A DNA stretch of 60,662 nt, filler included, from Hausera hauseri (lineage: Eukaryota): the NCBI GenBank assembly GCA_046269625.1. It is 10 parts of 10 records of this genome, joined end to end, with 100 filler letters (N's around TTAATTAATTAA, not from the genome) between each part and the next. Parts side by side here need not be neighbours in the genome. Positions count along the whole stretch, not along the records: positions 29,036 to 40,001 come from JBJURY010138871.1; positions 40,102 to 44,387 come from JBJURY010656219.1; positions 44,488 to 51,190 come from JBJURY010073771.1; positions 51,291 to 56,078 come from JBJURY010435694.1; 6 more parts are not named here. The stretch is one strand, 5' to 3'. Under the pieces are notes generated by a model. The model worked only from the letters and a program-made list of their open reading frames with translations, was not told the origin of the DNA and searched no databases. A program made the translations under genes and the position numbers. Positions 38,200-53,233 of this stretch are shown piece after piece. The number at the start of each line of letters is the position of its first letter. Position 1 is the first letter of the stretch.

Positions 38200-39790
38200 A
38201 TACTTGAAACATATATTTTATTTACCAGGATTTGTACAATATAAACCCCAATGGAAATATTTCGTTTTTCTAGTATTTCTTGGATTTTGTATCCAACTAG
38301 GACACATCCGTAAAGACAATGTTTGATTTCGGCACTGACCAATTTAATGTCTTTACTATCCTTTAGATGTTCTTTTTTTATTCCCGTTGGTTTAGAAAAT
38401 GTCTCTCGAATTCTTTTTCTGGTAGCGATAATCTTGAACTAAAGTTCGCTTCCGTGTATTTCTCTAATTGAGACTTCTATCGGAATATAATTCCCGCCGT
38501 CTTCTCCTCCGTAGTTCGTTTTGATCTTTCTCTTTTGGCTTTTGTCTGAACCTTAGGGGGTGGAACTTGTATATAAGGGACATCTTCATAGGTAACTTCC
38601 ACTAAAATTTTTACAGGCAGAGCGGTTATCCTGAATTCCAACTGATATTCCTTCAGGTTTCCACTACATAGATGAAAAGTGCTAAATCTGAATTACCTTC
38701 CTTGATTTTCGTCCCAGTTCTGCCCTGTTATCCGATATTATAGTTCGCCTTCAGCTAGGTGTATGAAGAGACTTTGATTATATACTAGCTCGTATGTAAT
38801 TAATTATTTTAATCTAAACGCTCGGGCATCCGAGTTGTTCCTCATTGCATAGAGTCGCATGGCACGATATTCTCCACTTGTGCATTTAAGATTATTCGAG
38901 ATTCTGCTGGTCTGGCTGAACTCAACGAATGTTTTTTCCTATAATTCAGTTCTAATATAACGATAGATTGACTTGGATTTAGGTACTGGCACAATAACAT
39001 ATTTATCCAGATATTCATTGACACCATGCCTCTTCTGATCTTCGGCTTTCATCACCATGATAGTATTTACCGCTCTAAAAGTAAAAAAATAGAGGTTAAT
39101 CCTAAAACTCAGTACTGTTTTAAACCAAAACCAATTCTTTGATTGATGACGGAATAACCCGATCTGTAATTGTCAGGTTATTTCACCATAGGTTTTGTCT
39201 TGGGGTACCATTACCCTTAATTCCCTTTATTCGATTTTATGTCGCTCACACTGACAGTTTTTGGTAACTAACCGAAAAGTCGCAACTAATAGTATAAGAA
39301 TGAACGTTGTTAGTCCAATAAGTGATAAAATTGGCAAGGTCGTTAATCCAGTCGGTTTTGGGTAGTGATTGGAGTTATTATTTCATAGTCTATATTTTCA
39401 TTTAGACGGGGTTCTGCGTGGATTTCATCCAGAGAGCGTAAGGCGAATGTCTTGTTTCGTTTATACTTCGCGTACATTTGTATTACATAATCCGGCCGTG
39501 GTTTTAATAAGTTACATTCTGTCTGATAACTATTTTTAAAAAATGTCACAATTTGGTTATTGTGCAACGTTCGCCAACTTATATGAATATCGTAATTTAC
39601 TTTTCTTCCACAGAAAACACGATTTTATACTGCTGGATCAAGTGTTTAATAGGTATACTTTCTAATTCTCTTTTAGGTGTTTTTTCACTTGAGAAGTTGA
39701 GTACTCACTTGAGTAGTTGATTTTCTTGTTGTTGCTTCAAGTGAAATTTTCTATACTTGCTCTTCCGGATAGTATCTTCCAGAGAAAAGC
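38200..39790 (-). mobile_element. Diverged second copy of the 3' module of the 15828-24172 element
   Basis: LLKPRPDYVIQMYAK, a TM segment, RELRVMVPQD...IT-TGA-CAA-TTA, QLQIGLF.HQ.KNWF, PKSKSIYR, IHLAEGEL and LEFRITALPVK all align with 16078-17600. Confidence 0.85.
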
Positions 39791-39889
39791 TCGAAGTAAT
39801 GGCTCCAAAAAATAAATAATAAATAAAATTATTATTTATTTTTAATTTGTTTTGATCAAAGGAATGTGAAGAAAGTTTGGGTGAAGCTG

Positions 39890-40001
39890 TGTGAAAGCTA
39901 TGTGAAGCGCCAATATTAACCTTTATGTATCCAACGAAGGATTTTATTTTTGATACAGACGCATCGTTTGGTGCAATCTGAGAAGTACTTAGCCAACAAA
40001 T
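39890..40001 (+). pseudogene. Gypsy RNase H fragment
   Basis: LCEAPILTF..PTKDFIFDTDASFGAI*EVLSQ. Confidence 0.7.
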
Positions 40002-40475
40002 NNNNNNNNNNNNNNNNNNNNNNNNNNNNNNNNNNNNNNNNNNNNTTAATTAATTAANNNNNNNNNNNNNNNNNNNNNNNNNNNNNNNNNNNNNNNNNNN
40101 NAGTTGATGAAATCAACTATGAACAATTCTAGAACACTGAAAAGGACTACTTGAACCAGTTTAAGCGGTCCAAAAAGGAAATAGTGATGGCGACAACAAA
40201 AAACCGTATCCACTTAACAAGCAGGAAACGTCAAACATACACAAGTCTTGACGAATACATCCGAAACAGTACCGAGCAGCAGCAGCAGCAGCAGATGAAA
40301 AAGCAGGAACCTTCCATTAGTGCCAAGTACGATGTAAACAAATCGTATGTGGACGTGAAAGTAAACATATCGGGGAAAACAACACTGCAGCTGAGGCATA
40401 TTTCTTCCAGTGTGCGCAGACGGTTGGAATTAGAGGTGTAGAAATTCAAACTCAACAACTGCAAAGTGCAATATT

Positions 40476-42992
40476 ATGTACTTGCAGAATATGGAAAATT
40501 TGAAGTTGACAGGAAACAAAAGTATCTGTCACAGAGCCGTACCGTATTCCAAAAATTTTATTGCCGATGTAGGCGAAAAGTTGGATGAGAAAATCGCCAA
40601 CTACACAGAAAATGGTAGCGGATGGCGAATTATGCGAATTTTCACACTCAGCTTTATCATAATAAAGTCGAGTGACGTGGTGTATTTGTCTGGACGGTCA
40701 TTCATACCGACACCCGCATCTCTAAAGCCATCTCTGAAGGTAGTGAATGTACAAAATATTGACGACTAATAGTGTTTTCTGTACAGTATTCTGGATGTAT
40801 TGAAGTACAGCGAAGTAAAGAGATATCATGCAAATCGTCTAAATCAATACCGGCAGTATTTTTCCGAATTGTAACTTGATGAATGCTGGATGCAGATGAA
40901 ACTGCAAACCATTCTGGCTTTCGAACGACGTAATCCAACGCTGTCAATCAACGTTTTCCGGTACAACATAATAGGTGAAATAGCTGAAGATGAAGAAATT
41001 TATATGAACCCCCATGTGGACATAATTTATCACAGTCGGAACCCTAATGGACGCTCGGTAGATTTGTTGTTGTTGGAGTGGGCGGAAAAATTTGACAAAT
41101 CTGGATAAACTGTTGAACATAGAGCATGACCAGTTCATCAGAAAGCGAATACGATGCAAATGGTGTCCTATATGTCTGCATAGATTCAGATGGGAAACAA
41201 CGTGGAGAAACATGTCACGTTATGCAGGCAAAACGCATCAGGGACAACAGTGTACGTCACGTTCGTCAAAAGGGAACTCAGATTCACTGATTGGTTTGAA
41301 ACGGACAGTCCGGTATATGTGGAGTAAGCCGATATCGAAGCAATTCTACCACGATCAAAAGCACGTTGCAGTTTCCCTTGGTATGTTGCCAGTACCAATA
41401 AAAGCCTCCAGACAACTGCTGTATTACGTTTTCCATGGTTGAAACTGTGTACGTGATTTCTTGTAGCAGTTGGAAACCATAGCGGAAACGGAAATTGCAC
41501 TGTGGTATCGCAACAATTGCAATAAGCCATTGATTTGGGCAGACCAATATCAACCGTTGCTTTTCGCTGTCACCGATGATTGCTACCTGTGTCACAAAAT
41601 AATACCGTTTGATGCACAGGAACGACTCGTACCTGATCACGACTATTTCACCGGCTGATACTTAGGAGCAGCATGCAATTCATGCAATTTAGCAAGGCGA
41701 GTGCGACCATTACTGCCGATGATCTTTCATAATTTCCAAGGTTATTAGCGAGGGACATTAACGGCTTTCTGCAGTGGGAACTGTCCATAATCCCAACGAC
41801 AATGGCGAAATGCCTATCGCTGCCGGCACAAGTAAACCGGTTCAAGGCACGCTTCATTAATTCATAGCAATTTCTCAATGAATCATTGGCAAAGCTGATA
41901 AATGCCTTGCCAGATGTGCCGATAGAACTGACGCAGTTCCTTGCACATATTGTTCGCAGCTAAGGCATATTATCATGACTTTGCAAAATCATATGAGCGA
42001 CTCCGGACAGCAGAGGAATTACCGCCGCGATGGACAGGTATCACAGAACATGAATATCGGAGAGCCGAAGAATCTTGGAGAGAAGTGGGCTGTAGAAACA
42101 TGTTGGATTACATGCTCCAGTATCTTAAACTGGACGTGTACTTATTAGCCGACGTATTTGAAGCATTTCGGACCAAAGCGCTGGCGGAAGATAGGTTGGC
42201 GCCACTCAACTTTTATTCCATACCTGGAATGAATTGGGCCTAAGCTCTAATATCACTGGATCGAGACATTGAGCTTCTGCAAGACCCGGAGATGTACCGG
42301 CTGTTTGATATTGGTAATCGCGGCGGCATGACGTTTGCGAACAAGCATCAGGTCAGTAATACCGATACCATATCACTGCTGTATATTTATGTTAATAAAC
42401 TGTACGACTGGGCGCTTTCGCAACCCTTGCCGTACGGTTCATTTGAATGGTTAGTCGACAGACAAGATTTGGACGACATAATGGTCAATCTACCACAAGA
42501 CATGTTAGGCTTAGTCGGATACCTGATGAAGGTCGATCTCGAGAAACCAGATGAGCTGTATGACGTTTTGGAAGATTTACCGATCGCATTATTTAACCAA
42601 TGTCCACCAGGCTCAAAAGTGAAGAAACTGCTCATTACCCATGAACTGAAGCTGAATTACGTGGTCCATTGGCGTCTGCTACAGTTCGATATGCAGCTCG
42701 GTGTACGCGTGCAATCCGATTTGCTTAGGCTTCCATATTCAAGGCGTCCATAGATGGAAATTTGGAGAAACGAGTCGCAGCTTGTACAAAGTTCGAAAAG
42801 GACTACTGCAAGCTGAAAAACAATTCCCTGTACGGAAAAACAGTAGAGAATCTGAAAAAGTGCCTCAATGTGCTCCTATGTAACTCGGAGAAACGGCTGG
42901 TTACATATACCAGCAAGGCACAGTTTCGACGGTCAGTGCATATTTCCGATGGATTGGTTGCGATATTATTATTCATAAGAAATTTATTATAA
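40476..42992 (+). pseudogene. Polinton/adintovirus protein-primed family B DNA polymerase, degenerate
   Basis: ENGSGW; DHDYFTG.YLGAACNSCN; IFHN; YLKLDVYLLADVFEAFR; RGG; VNKLY.WALSQPLP; KLKNNSLYGKTVEN. Truncated before motif C. Confidence 0.88.
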
Positions 42993-44894
42993 AAGTTTTT
43001 ATAACAATTATCTCTTTCATTCATTAAATGAGTCTTATTTTCATCCTTTTCTGAATTTCCAGACTTTCTATTGGCTATTTATTGAATTAACTTTGAATTG
43101 AATTTAAACATTAATATCCGTTTAAATTTCTCCTCACAAGCGGGATAACGGACTATGAGAATATCCATCTGTCATCATATTATGATTATGTAGCAGATTT
43201 TAGCAAATAAAGTAATGTTGAAATAACATACTCGTTATTCAAGTGTTAAATCACATGATGTCTGTCATTCACATCATCCAGAAGCTACCACCATTATATG
43301 CTATATGTGATTTGAAGTCACATCACCAATTTGGGACATTCCTATTTCTGCTCTGCTCCATGTTTCAGCGACCACCGAAGAATGTTTGCATTAATGTGTT
43401 CCGGTAACTCAGTGATTGTGTGACCTACTTGCCTTTCCTGAGAATTTGTACATTATCCCTACACCCTTAATCACACACAGCTGCGCCATGCTATTTGCAT
43501 ATACATTCTGTTTCCGTTCTTTATCTTCATCAACATGTCATTCTCCTACAAACTAATGGGTACATGAAGATGGGTGCGTAGTTAGTGTAGTTGGTAAACC
43601 ACTGACTTATCACAGTGGCAAGGCGATATTGTTTCAGGGATGCCGATTAAATTCTCAGAGTGGCCCGTTTTCTTTCTGGTTTTTTTTTCCTGTTCAGTTT
43701 GTTCTTCTCCATATCTACTGCGTTCAGTCTGTCAGATGCCCTGTTCATATACACATTATTTGGCAGTTCATTTAATTGTTTGATCTCAGGCCTCATCTTT
43801 CTCTTCCTGTTCAGTAGAGAAGACTACAGGTATGCCAAGAGCTAAAGATACATTATGATGATAAGGGTCAGGCATTTCTTAAACACATTTGCCACATTCT
43901 CAGCAGTGATGAAAACACCGTTCATTTCACATCGAAATCCAAGCAAACATCAATTTAATTCAGTCGTGCAGGTTCACCACCACCCACAAATTTTTATACT
44001 ATTCCTTCTGCAGATAAAATAATGACAGGTATTATTTGAAACAAACATGGCATAATTCTTGTTATTTATCTGCCTCATTGACATCATCATCAACAGTGAA
44101 TGCAACCATTGGGTTCTGAAAAATATGCATAAAGAGATTATGAAGAAACAACCTGTTTTAATAATCAGAGATGATCTGCTTCAGCAGGATAAGCACGAGA
44201 AGTATTGCCCGATGGGCAGTTTTCACACCCACATTTAGTTTATTTTTTAGGAATGCTGGCATTGTCTTGTCTTGTCTTGTCATTGATCCACAATCATCGA
44301 GCGTCAGCTCTTAGTGACTTTGATGCCAATATATGGTACTGTGCAGTTTTAATAAGCTGCTGTGGGCTGCCATATAGGATATTGTCTNNNNNNNNNNNNN
44401 NNNNNNNNNNNNNNNNNNNNNNNNNNNNNNNTTAATTAATTAANNNNNNNNNNNNNNNNNNNNNNNNNNNNNNNNNNNNNNNNNNNNTTATTTTTTCAAC
44501 TTGTTAAGATAGACCCTCGCCCACATTTTTAGTTTTTCATCCATCTAAGATTGATGTGTCGTGTTTTCACCAGTTTCATGGAGGCTATAGATGTATATCA
44601 ACGCACTCTATCGAAATATTCCCACAGATTCACATCGGTCATGCGAGTACACACACAAATAAATGTCATGCTAAATGGCCTTCAAAGAAACTAATGAATA
44701 TTTACATCAGTACCAATGAAGACGCCAGAACCTGCCAAAAGCGTCTGTATTGTTATTGAGATTGCAACCCTATGTTATAACTCGTACGAAAATGATCAGT
44801 CATCACGTTTCTTTCATTTAAATATAAGAACAATTAAAAAAGTAGTAAATTTATTTCTGTAAAATGCATCAAAATAATAAATGAAAGAAATAAA

Positions 44895-47800
44895 TCATTG
44901 TTCTTCATTAAGGTATTGAAGTGACTGCGCATCTTCCTGCATCAATTTGATAACCCGAGTAACAAGGATGGATAATACATTATCAAGATGATCTAACACA
45001 CCGCGTTGTAACCATTTGGGGATTGTTGTTTTAGCTTTACGAAATCCAACAACTTTCAATATTTGATCAAAAGCGGTGAATGGCATTTGATTTGCCATCA
45101 GACAGCGAAACTCTGGACTCAGACGCCAATGGATGACATCATATTTGCGCATGTCTTTCACGATAGGAGAACCAGTCGTTGCCCGCTGATCGGTAAAATC
45201 ATTGTGATCTTTAATCTTTTCTTGAATATAAGAACTTATAAGTGTCGGTAGCCAAGGCACATCTATGATACCCAGAAGCAAAACACCATGAAAATCGGTA
45301 TTAAAGCTTAGCCGAACATCGGCATCAATTCGGTCATCAGTGGATGATGGAGTTACCATAGACTGTTTATGGTCCGATGTGAGAAGTGTTGATATACAAG
45401 GAATAACAAAGAGTATTTCGCCTTCACCAGTAACTCGCAGAGGATTCTGACGTTCATTTTTCTTTGTATAAAAATCAGGAAATCCCGTAAGAGGAACATT
45501 AGATTTTTCTGATTGTGGATTATTGGCCCGAATAAAATTTCCAATGGCAATATCAGCCGGTTTGAACACAAAATAAAACCATTCGTCAATGCGGGGTTTG
45601 GAATTTTGGGAATTGTCTCGTCCTCGATTTACTTTTATCACATAAGCCATTTGAGGACGATGTTGAGTTTGTTTTCCGAGTTCAATACTGAGTTCTTGAT
45701 GAATATTAAGAATTTCCTCCAAATTGCTGGTTTCACTTCGGTCGTCAATGGATTTTACGACCTTCGTTTCAAAACTGATAGTTGGAAATTGGATATGAAA
45801 CACAGCCCAATCTGGTGCAGATCGAAAATTTCCTGCGAAGCAAGCCACTCCTAATCCTCGTCCATAAAGCTGTAAAGATCCACCCGTAATCCGTAAATCA
45901 AGACAACCAGGTGGAAGAATGTTGTGTAATTCTGGACTTTCAGGACGATAACATGGCAAACGTAAAAACGATGTCAAAGCCAAATTAAAGGTCTGTTGCC
46001 AATGACGTTGGAACACTCTACAAATGAATTCTTGAGTATCTTCCGTTTTAGACGATACGTTTGCTGTTGACTTTTTCAAATTTCTTTCGATCTTTTGAGA
46101 AAACAAAAGCGACTTTTTGCTTTCTCTAACTTGATCTTTGAAATATTCGACTAATTTGTGACCCGATTTGATAAGATCTGGTGTGGTTGTGCGTCCGATC
46201 GCGAATTGACACTGGTCCCATTTCATTTCTCCCAATACCTGGATCTCAACGCAAAACTGATCGTCGTCTCCACATTCATTGAAGCCAAGTCCGTCAAATT
46301 TTACCGGTTGACATAGTAAGGCTTTTTTCCATTCATCATGCAGTGACAATTCAACATATGATATACGACCCAACAAAATGTTTGTTGTCATATATTCAAT
46401 ACGGATTTCAAAATGCTTAAATCCGCTTATCAATCGATGAACCGGTTCTGTTTTACTATCTTTTTTGATGAATAGTTCAACATCCATATCCGCAAGCGCT
46501 ATTTCCCCACCAACTACTCCATCTGAACTGTTAAATTTTGCTTCCGTCACACCGAATTTTACTTTATTATTACGAGTTTTTGAACTATCCATAATGAGGT
46601 GACCACAACTGTATAATTTCTGCATGCTAAGTTTTGTTGTACCCATGGTGCTGCCCATAAACATTTCCACATTTACTTTATTAAGATTAAAGGCAAACAG
46701 TAAATAAGACTGCCATGTTGAAGACATACTGCACGATTTACTGGTTTCATTCGTTGTTACCTTCATAGTTTCAGATTTAGCAGTTACACTTTTAGGCTGT
46801 TCCGGAAATTTATTTTGCTGACCAAGCTTAACATTTGAACTCAAAAGTCTTGGTTTCAGACGGGGTAAAGATGAATCGTGATTAGCAACATATTTGCTCT
46901 TGTCACCAGAACTCAATCGTCGATGATGATATTTCATGTTATGAACTCTCATAACAACGTTTTCCGACTTATCTCCACTGACACCAGACGGGCTACCTTC
47001 AGAAAATGCTCTCAAGTCGGATTTCTCATTTTCGTAAAATAGATTGTCAATAACTTTGTTCGAAATTTCGGTCGTTTGTTGTGGAGGACTAGGTTCGTCT
47101 CCAAGGAAAAGTCGTCTTGCTAGTGAACTTCGATACCATGCTACTGGAATAGCAAGAATTTCCTGGATTCGTCGAACATCAAATTTAAATTCCGCAGAAC
47201 CGATATCACAAATTGCCGAAATTTTAACGCTATTGTTCGTACTCAAACTATCCGTCGGATTCGTTTGTTCAGTTATGATTGTTAGCTGACGCATACGACA
47301 CAAGCTAACTCGAACATTTTCAACCAGCAACGTTAAAGAATTATACGAATCAATGGGTCCAGTCGCATTTCCATGGGGATGAAAAACAGATATTTTAAAT
47401 TCCTTCATTATTCCAGTTACACTCAATCCTCCTTCAGTAAACAGTTGTTCACTTGCGTGTTGACCCTGAGTTTTAGAATCAGTTTCATTGGCTGATTTCT
47501 TTGAAGCTACGGATATACCCTCTTTGCCGTTTAAATCAAACTGACTTCTTTTTGTGTTGAAAATGAGATCAACCGAAGGCAGAGCCATCAAACACTGAAC
47601 AGGCGATGTTGGAAGACATACAAAGCCTAAGACTGATGGCTCGACATTGATATGGACAACGACATCTACCGGTAATTGTTCGGATAGCAATCCAGAGGAT
47701 TCTTCACTTCTATCACTCTGTTGACTTTTACAATCAAATTCAATATCTTCAGGAAGTGTAGGCAAAGCTTCAAGTGCTTGCTCAACAAAATCAACTAGCG

Positions 47801-50800
47801 ATGGATGAACTACTAAATCTTTTGGCAATTTCTTCAATAGCACAGATGCATAAATATTTGCTTTTTTGCTTTCTGAGCTGTGCGCATCTGATAAATTGTT
47901 TGACGGTTTCATGCTAGTCTGAGACTTAGAATTATAGAAAAATTGAATATCTACAGCCGGAATATAAAATATTGAAATTTCTGAAATTGTGGGAGAAAAA
48001 TTGAGATAATTTTGGTAGCGTTTTAAAAGAGCACTGAGTTCTTCTTCCTCATTGTTATCAAATGAAACCGCAGTAGCATTATGATTATACGGGAAAGGGC
48101 TATATGCATTCAACGGATTGATAAACGTATTCAATGATTGAGACGATTCAGTTGGAATGATTTTAGGATGTAAAATGCAACGGCCTGAATCAACATGAAT
48201 GTTTAGCTTTAGTTCAATAGCTGCTTGATCTGCCTTATCCTCTTTCTGAATCTTTATTTTTTGTGAGCCTTCTGTTTTGCTGATGTCAATTTGACTGCTG
48301 CGCTGACTATCACTTTCTGCATCTTCAAATTCTTCGGCGTACGCTGACTCAACTGATGCATTCTCAGTAGCGTCAAAATATATAGATTCTGCACGTTGAA
48401 CCTCTGGAGTTGATAACTTACTATTAATGTTTAGTGTAGATGGTCTCTCCGATTGCTGTCGTAGTCCAATTCGCGGTGACTGACTACATTTGCCAAAGCG
48501 AAGCAATTCTTCTTCACTTATAGATTGTCGAACATCGCCTTTCCTAATAATAGAACTTGCAGAAGAACAAGGATAACTATCGACAAGTTCAGAGTTTATC
48601 GTTTTACAACTCATTCGAATTGGCGGTGACGGATGAGATCTTGTTGCACTTAGAGATCCACTTCGTTTAATTGAACCATGTTTAGGATATATAAATAACT
48701 GACTAAGCTTATTTCTTTTGGGTTTATGAAAATCCAAAGATTTTCTATGAGTGTAAGTTGGAAGAGAAAACCCAAGATGATCATCTAAAATTTCTGACAG
48801 AGAATTAAGTTTTGAATGATCATGAGGACTATCAAAATTCATATTGTAATGGTTTTGCAACAAAACAGATTCTGATTTCAAGTTTTGTGTTTCAGCTGGA
48901 AGGTCTTCACGAGCATCTGTATCTTTAAGATTAATCATAGATGTTATAATAACTGAAAGATTTTTCAAACGTTTGCCAATATTCCAATCAAAATGAGTAT
49001 CCAAGCCGCACATTTTCCACACTACCTCAATATGCACTCCCTTACTACTGTCAGCGTTTTTCATTTTAGAACAGGCTTGAAATGTACCATTCGGTACGAC
49101 GCATCCATTCATGACAACCAGCTGATCTTTTTCTTTTGTTGATATAAGACATCTTGCCAAATCAGGCTTCCAATCGTCGGAACCAACATTGAATTCTTCG
49201 TCAAATCGAATGCAGAAATCGTTAAATTCACCTTCTCCCACAAAATTATTTTTAAAACAACTTACTAAACGAGCATCCTTCAGTGTGACAACAAGATTGG
49301 ATCGGTAATCAGTTTCGTAAACAATGTTAGAAGCCTGACACATAGGAACGCATATACCAAGATCATCGATAATTAATTGTAAAAATAACGGAACGTTTTT
49401 AGTACTACTTTGACCAAAAAGTCCCTGCCCAGTGCTACTGCTGCTTGGTGTCGCAGGTTGACAGGTATTCGTGAAGAATCGAATTGGGACGGCATGACTG
49501 GGTGCTAATCCGGTTGGAGTGGATGTTTGGACATTTGTCATTGTTTTTTTCCATTTTTCAAACTCTTCCTTGTAACTTTTCCACATTAAGATTCCTCTAT
49601 CAAAGGCAACGGGTTTAATCCAAAATAGTGGTCGTATAAGAGATATGAGATAAGCTTCTCTGTTATCATCTGACGATCTCAGGGCTGCTTCTTCATTTAA
49701 CAACGAACGAAGAGAAATAGCAGTTTTAAAGAATGCTAAAGTTTTAAAATCTGGTAATTTTTCGCTGTACAATACATCTTTATATAACTGACCAAGCTCA
49801 ACACTGATATTTTTGATAAATGCGAATACAAATATTGATTCCGTAGCATCTTGTTCGCGAACTTCCAATCCATTTTCTTCTTTCTTTGCTTTAGATTTAA
49901 AAGATACATTATGACCTTTGTCCATGCTACTGGGCTTCTGTTGTATGATGATGTTAGAACGAACGCGATTTGAAAGTTCAAGATCAATTTGCTGGGTTTC
50001 GAATTTCACTGCTCCATTTTTTGTTGTTGCAATTAATCGGATACCATCCATGATAATGCGAAAAGAAAATTTCGTATTTCCTCGAGCCGCTCTGTTTAGC
50101 AATTTATTTTCAGCAGAAAAAGATTTTGTGTAATCTTCACTACTTGGGAAATTGAATTTCGCTTGATCTTCACCGGCCATCTTTTGCAATACTTCATTTA
50201 TTTCTTTCATGAACAACTGAACGATAACAATGATGTAACTTAACAAAAACGTTGTCAATGTATGCTCTAACGTAGAAACATTTGCCAGAATATCAACATA
50301 ACTTCCTTCTTCTGTAACAAGATCCTGAGTTAACTTTCCTTGACTCAATAAAAATTTTCCACCTTTAGACATTTTCTTTGTAATTTGAGCATTAACTTTA
50401 GGCAATTTGATGGAAACACTTCGAGGAACACCAGCTGGTGGATTATCAGAAATAAAACTTAAATAATGGTTATTTATGTAAATGTTAAGACAAGAGTCAT
50501 CGCCAACAATATTTCCATTCATATAAACTGGATCTAACTGATACCGGGCCGTTAAAGTTTGATGCAAAGCTACGCTAATCATCAAACCCTTTGACAAACC
50601 ACTAATTGACATTTGGATTTTTTTCTCTGGTAATATATTTTTAGTATTATCAATTATCGGTGATGCAATCTTTGAATCAACGAAATCCTGATCTGACTTC
50701 GTATTTCTCAAAGCACCGAAAATTGTTGACGTCCCCTGCTGACTGGGATCGGAAGACTTTTCAGCTGTAGCGCCAGCGAAACTTGAACTACCTTCCCAAA

Positions 50801-51190
50801 ACTGTGGTTGGTTATAATATGGTCGAAAAAACTCTGTCATGGTTGAGCTGATACGTTTGGCACTCCGTTGCATCATCTCTTTTAATTTAACTGGATGATG
50901 GGGTAGATCGATGTCAAATTTGCCGAGACCGAAGAAACAAGAATTTTTTTCCAATTTCTTTTTTCGTTGAGAAGAATAAACAAAATGTGATGGACTTCCT
51001 TTAATATGAACAACATCAAGCTTTTGAGTTGGAATTTCTTCGAATAGAGTTGTTTCAAGTTCACCACAATGGAGGCTGAAGCTGTGGTCTGATGACTTAT
51101 CCGTAAAAATTCCACGGCCTTTAACCCGAGACGTTTGTGAATATGAACAGTGAAGATTTAAAAGTTTCCCGTCAAGATTTAGCTCACTTA
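44895..51190 (-). CDS. BLTP1: Bridge-like lipid transfer protein 1 (KIAA1109/tweek/Csf1 family), 3' part
   Basis: DIGSAEFKFDVRRIQEILAIPVAWYRSSLARRLFLGD and terminal GFRKAKTTIPKWLQRGVLDHLD (FSA_C-type). The frame stays open from the annotated start at 50954 to the contig end at 51190. Confidence 0.9.
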
Positions 51191-51290
51191 NNNNNNNNNN
51201 NNNNNNNNNNNNNNNNNNNNNNNNNNNNNNNNNNTTAATTAATTAANNNNNNNNNNNNNNNNNNNNNNNNNNNNNNNNNNNNNNNNNNNN

Positions 51291-52947
51291 TCTCTATGAC
51301 TATATAACTTCATGGGAAACACTGGATGTAACCTCATTGCTGGACAAAGAGGGCCTTTATAACCAGCTGTCGGACAACCATATAAGCGATGAGGATTACC
51401 ACCATGCCAAAAATGTCTGGCATACATTTCAATGCAGGACAATTGGAGAATACAAAGACATATACCTTAATATGGATGTTCTGCTGACGGATGTCTTTGA
51501 GGGCTTCAGGGATATTACGATGAAGAGCCATGCATTGGATCTGGCTCGTTTCTTTACAGCTACAAGGATGAGCTGTGTAGCAATGTTGAGATATACCGTT
51601 ATTATGCTGCGGATCATAAAGAATTACGACATGATCCTCATGATAGAGATAGGAATTAGAGGAGGGATATGCTAGATTATTCACCGCTATACTGAGGCCA
51701 ACAACAATACATGACAGATTATGACTCATCTAAATTATCCTCGTATATCACATTTTTGAATGCAAACAACTTGTATTGATGGGTAGGGAGCGCCCCATTG
51801 CTATATAATGACTTCAAGTGGGTTGATCACCACGAAAACATCCATATACTAGACCTGGATCCCAGCGAGGATACGAGCTACATACTGGAGGTGGATGATG
51901 AATATCCACATAGCATCCACACAAGACATGAGCAGTTGCCTTTTCTTCAAGAAAGCAAAAGGCCACCGAATGGGGAATTCGAAAATTTACTATGATATCT
52001 TAGAAATTGGGAAAAATATGTAGTCCGTTACATAAATCTACAACAGGCTATCAGAAATGGACTCCACATCACGAAGATCCATCGGGCCCTGCAGTTCAGC
52101 CAGTCCATGTGGTTTTAGCCATACATCGACTTTAAAACAAAATTGAGGACCGAGGCTAAAAGCGACTTTGAGAAGGACAGTTCAAGCTGTACAAGAACAG
52201 CGTTTTTGACAAGACCATGGAGAATATCCGCAACAGGATTAATATCGAGTTGGTGTCTGAGTCAAAGCGAGCAAAGAAGCTTACTGCCAAGCCCAACGTC
52301 CATAGCAGCACCATATATGCGGAGAACGTGGTGGCCATCCATATGCTGAAAACATCCTTGATATTGAATAAGCCCATATCTGTGGGTATGTCCATTTTGG
52401 ACTTATCAAACATCGTGATGTACAAATTCTACTATTACATCATGGTCGCCAAGTTCAAGTAGCTGCAGCTGATTTACATGGATACTGATAGTTCCATCTA
52501 TCAGATCCATGTGGAGGACATTTATTATGACTTTGTTGAATTAGCTCAGCACATGGATAAGTCTGACTATCCGAAGGAGCATCCCAACTATTCAATCACC
52601 AACAAAAAATTCCTTGGAAAATTCAAAGACGAGGTGAATGGGGCAGTCAACTGGACAATTGCGGCTCTTAGGTCCAAAATGTATTCGCTTATGTATGTGG
52701 CCAGGTAAAGAAGCGGGCTAAAGGGGTTCACATGGCTACCTTGGCCAAGGAGATCAACTTCGATGACTATGTGTGTGTTGCAGGAATAGACTCATATCAT
52801 ATCAGATATACAAAGGATCCAGTCTAGGGGCCACGAGATACAAACAGTAACGTTGCAGAAGAAGAGCCTAGATTGTCGGATGACAAGAGACAGATCTTAG
52901 AAGATGGAATCCACACACTGCCTCATGGACGTGTTGCATTATTGTAA
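51291..52947 (+). pseudogene. Polinton/adintovirus pPolB C-terminal half
   Basis: YLNMDVLLTDVFE; GIRGGI; NANNLY; ILEVD..YP; KTMENIR; KPISVGMSILDLS; YMDTDS; GKFKDE; LRSKMYS; TLPHG. Confidence 0.92.
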
Positions 52948-53039
52948 ATATTGTAAATGTTACTTTATTGTTATACCAATAAATTTTGTTTGAAAAATCG
53001 TGTTTTGTTCCACCTCAAGTAATATGGAATAAGTATATA

Positions 53040-53215
53040 GGTTAATATTAAGTAAATACATTAATCAGTAAATCAATATATTAATCAATACACTAATATA
53101 TACAATGCATCAGTAAAATGAATCAATACGCTCATCAATAAATCAATACAATGCATCGATACACTAATCAATACACTTATAAATAAATCAATACTATGCA
53201 TCAATACATGTATTA
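53040..53215 (+). repeat. Low-complexity array of ATCAATA(C/A) units
   Basis: About 10 copies of ATCAATA/ATCAGTA upstream of the RING ORF. Confidence 0.7.
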
Positions 53216-53233
53216 CTCTGTCATTATTTCAAA

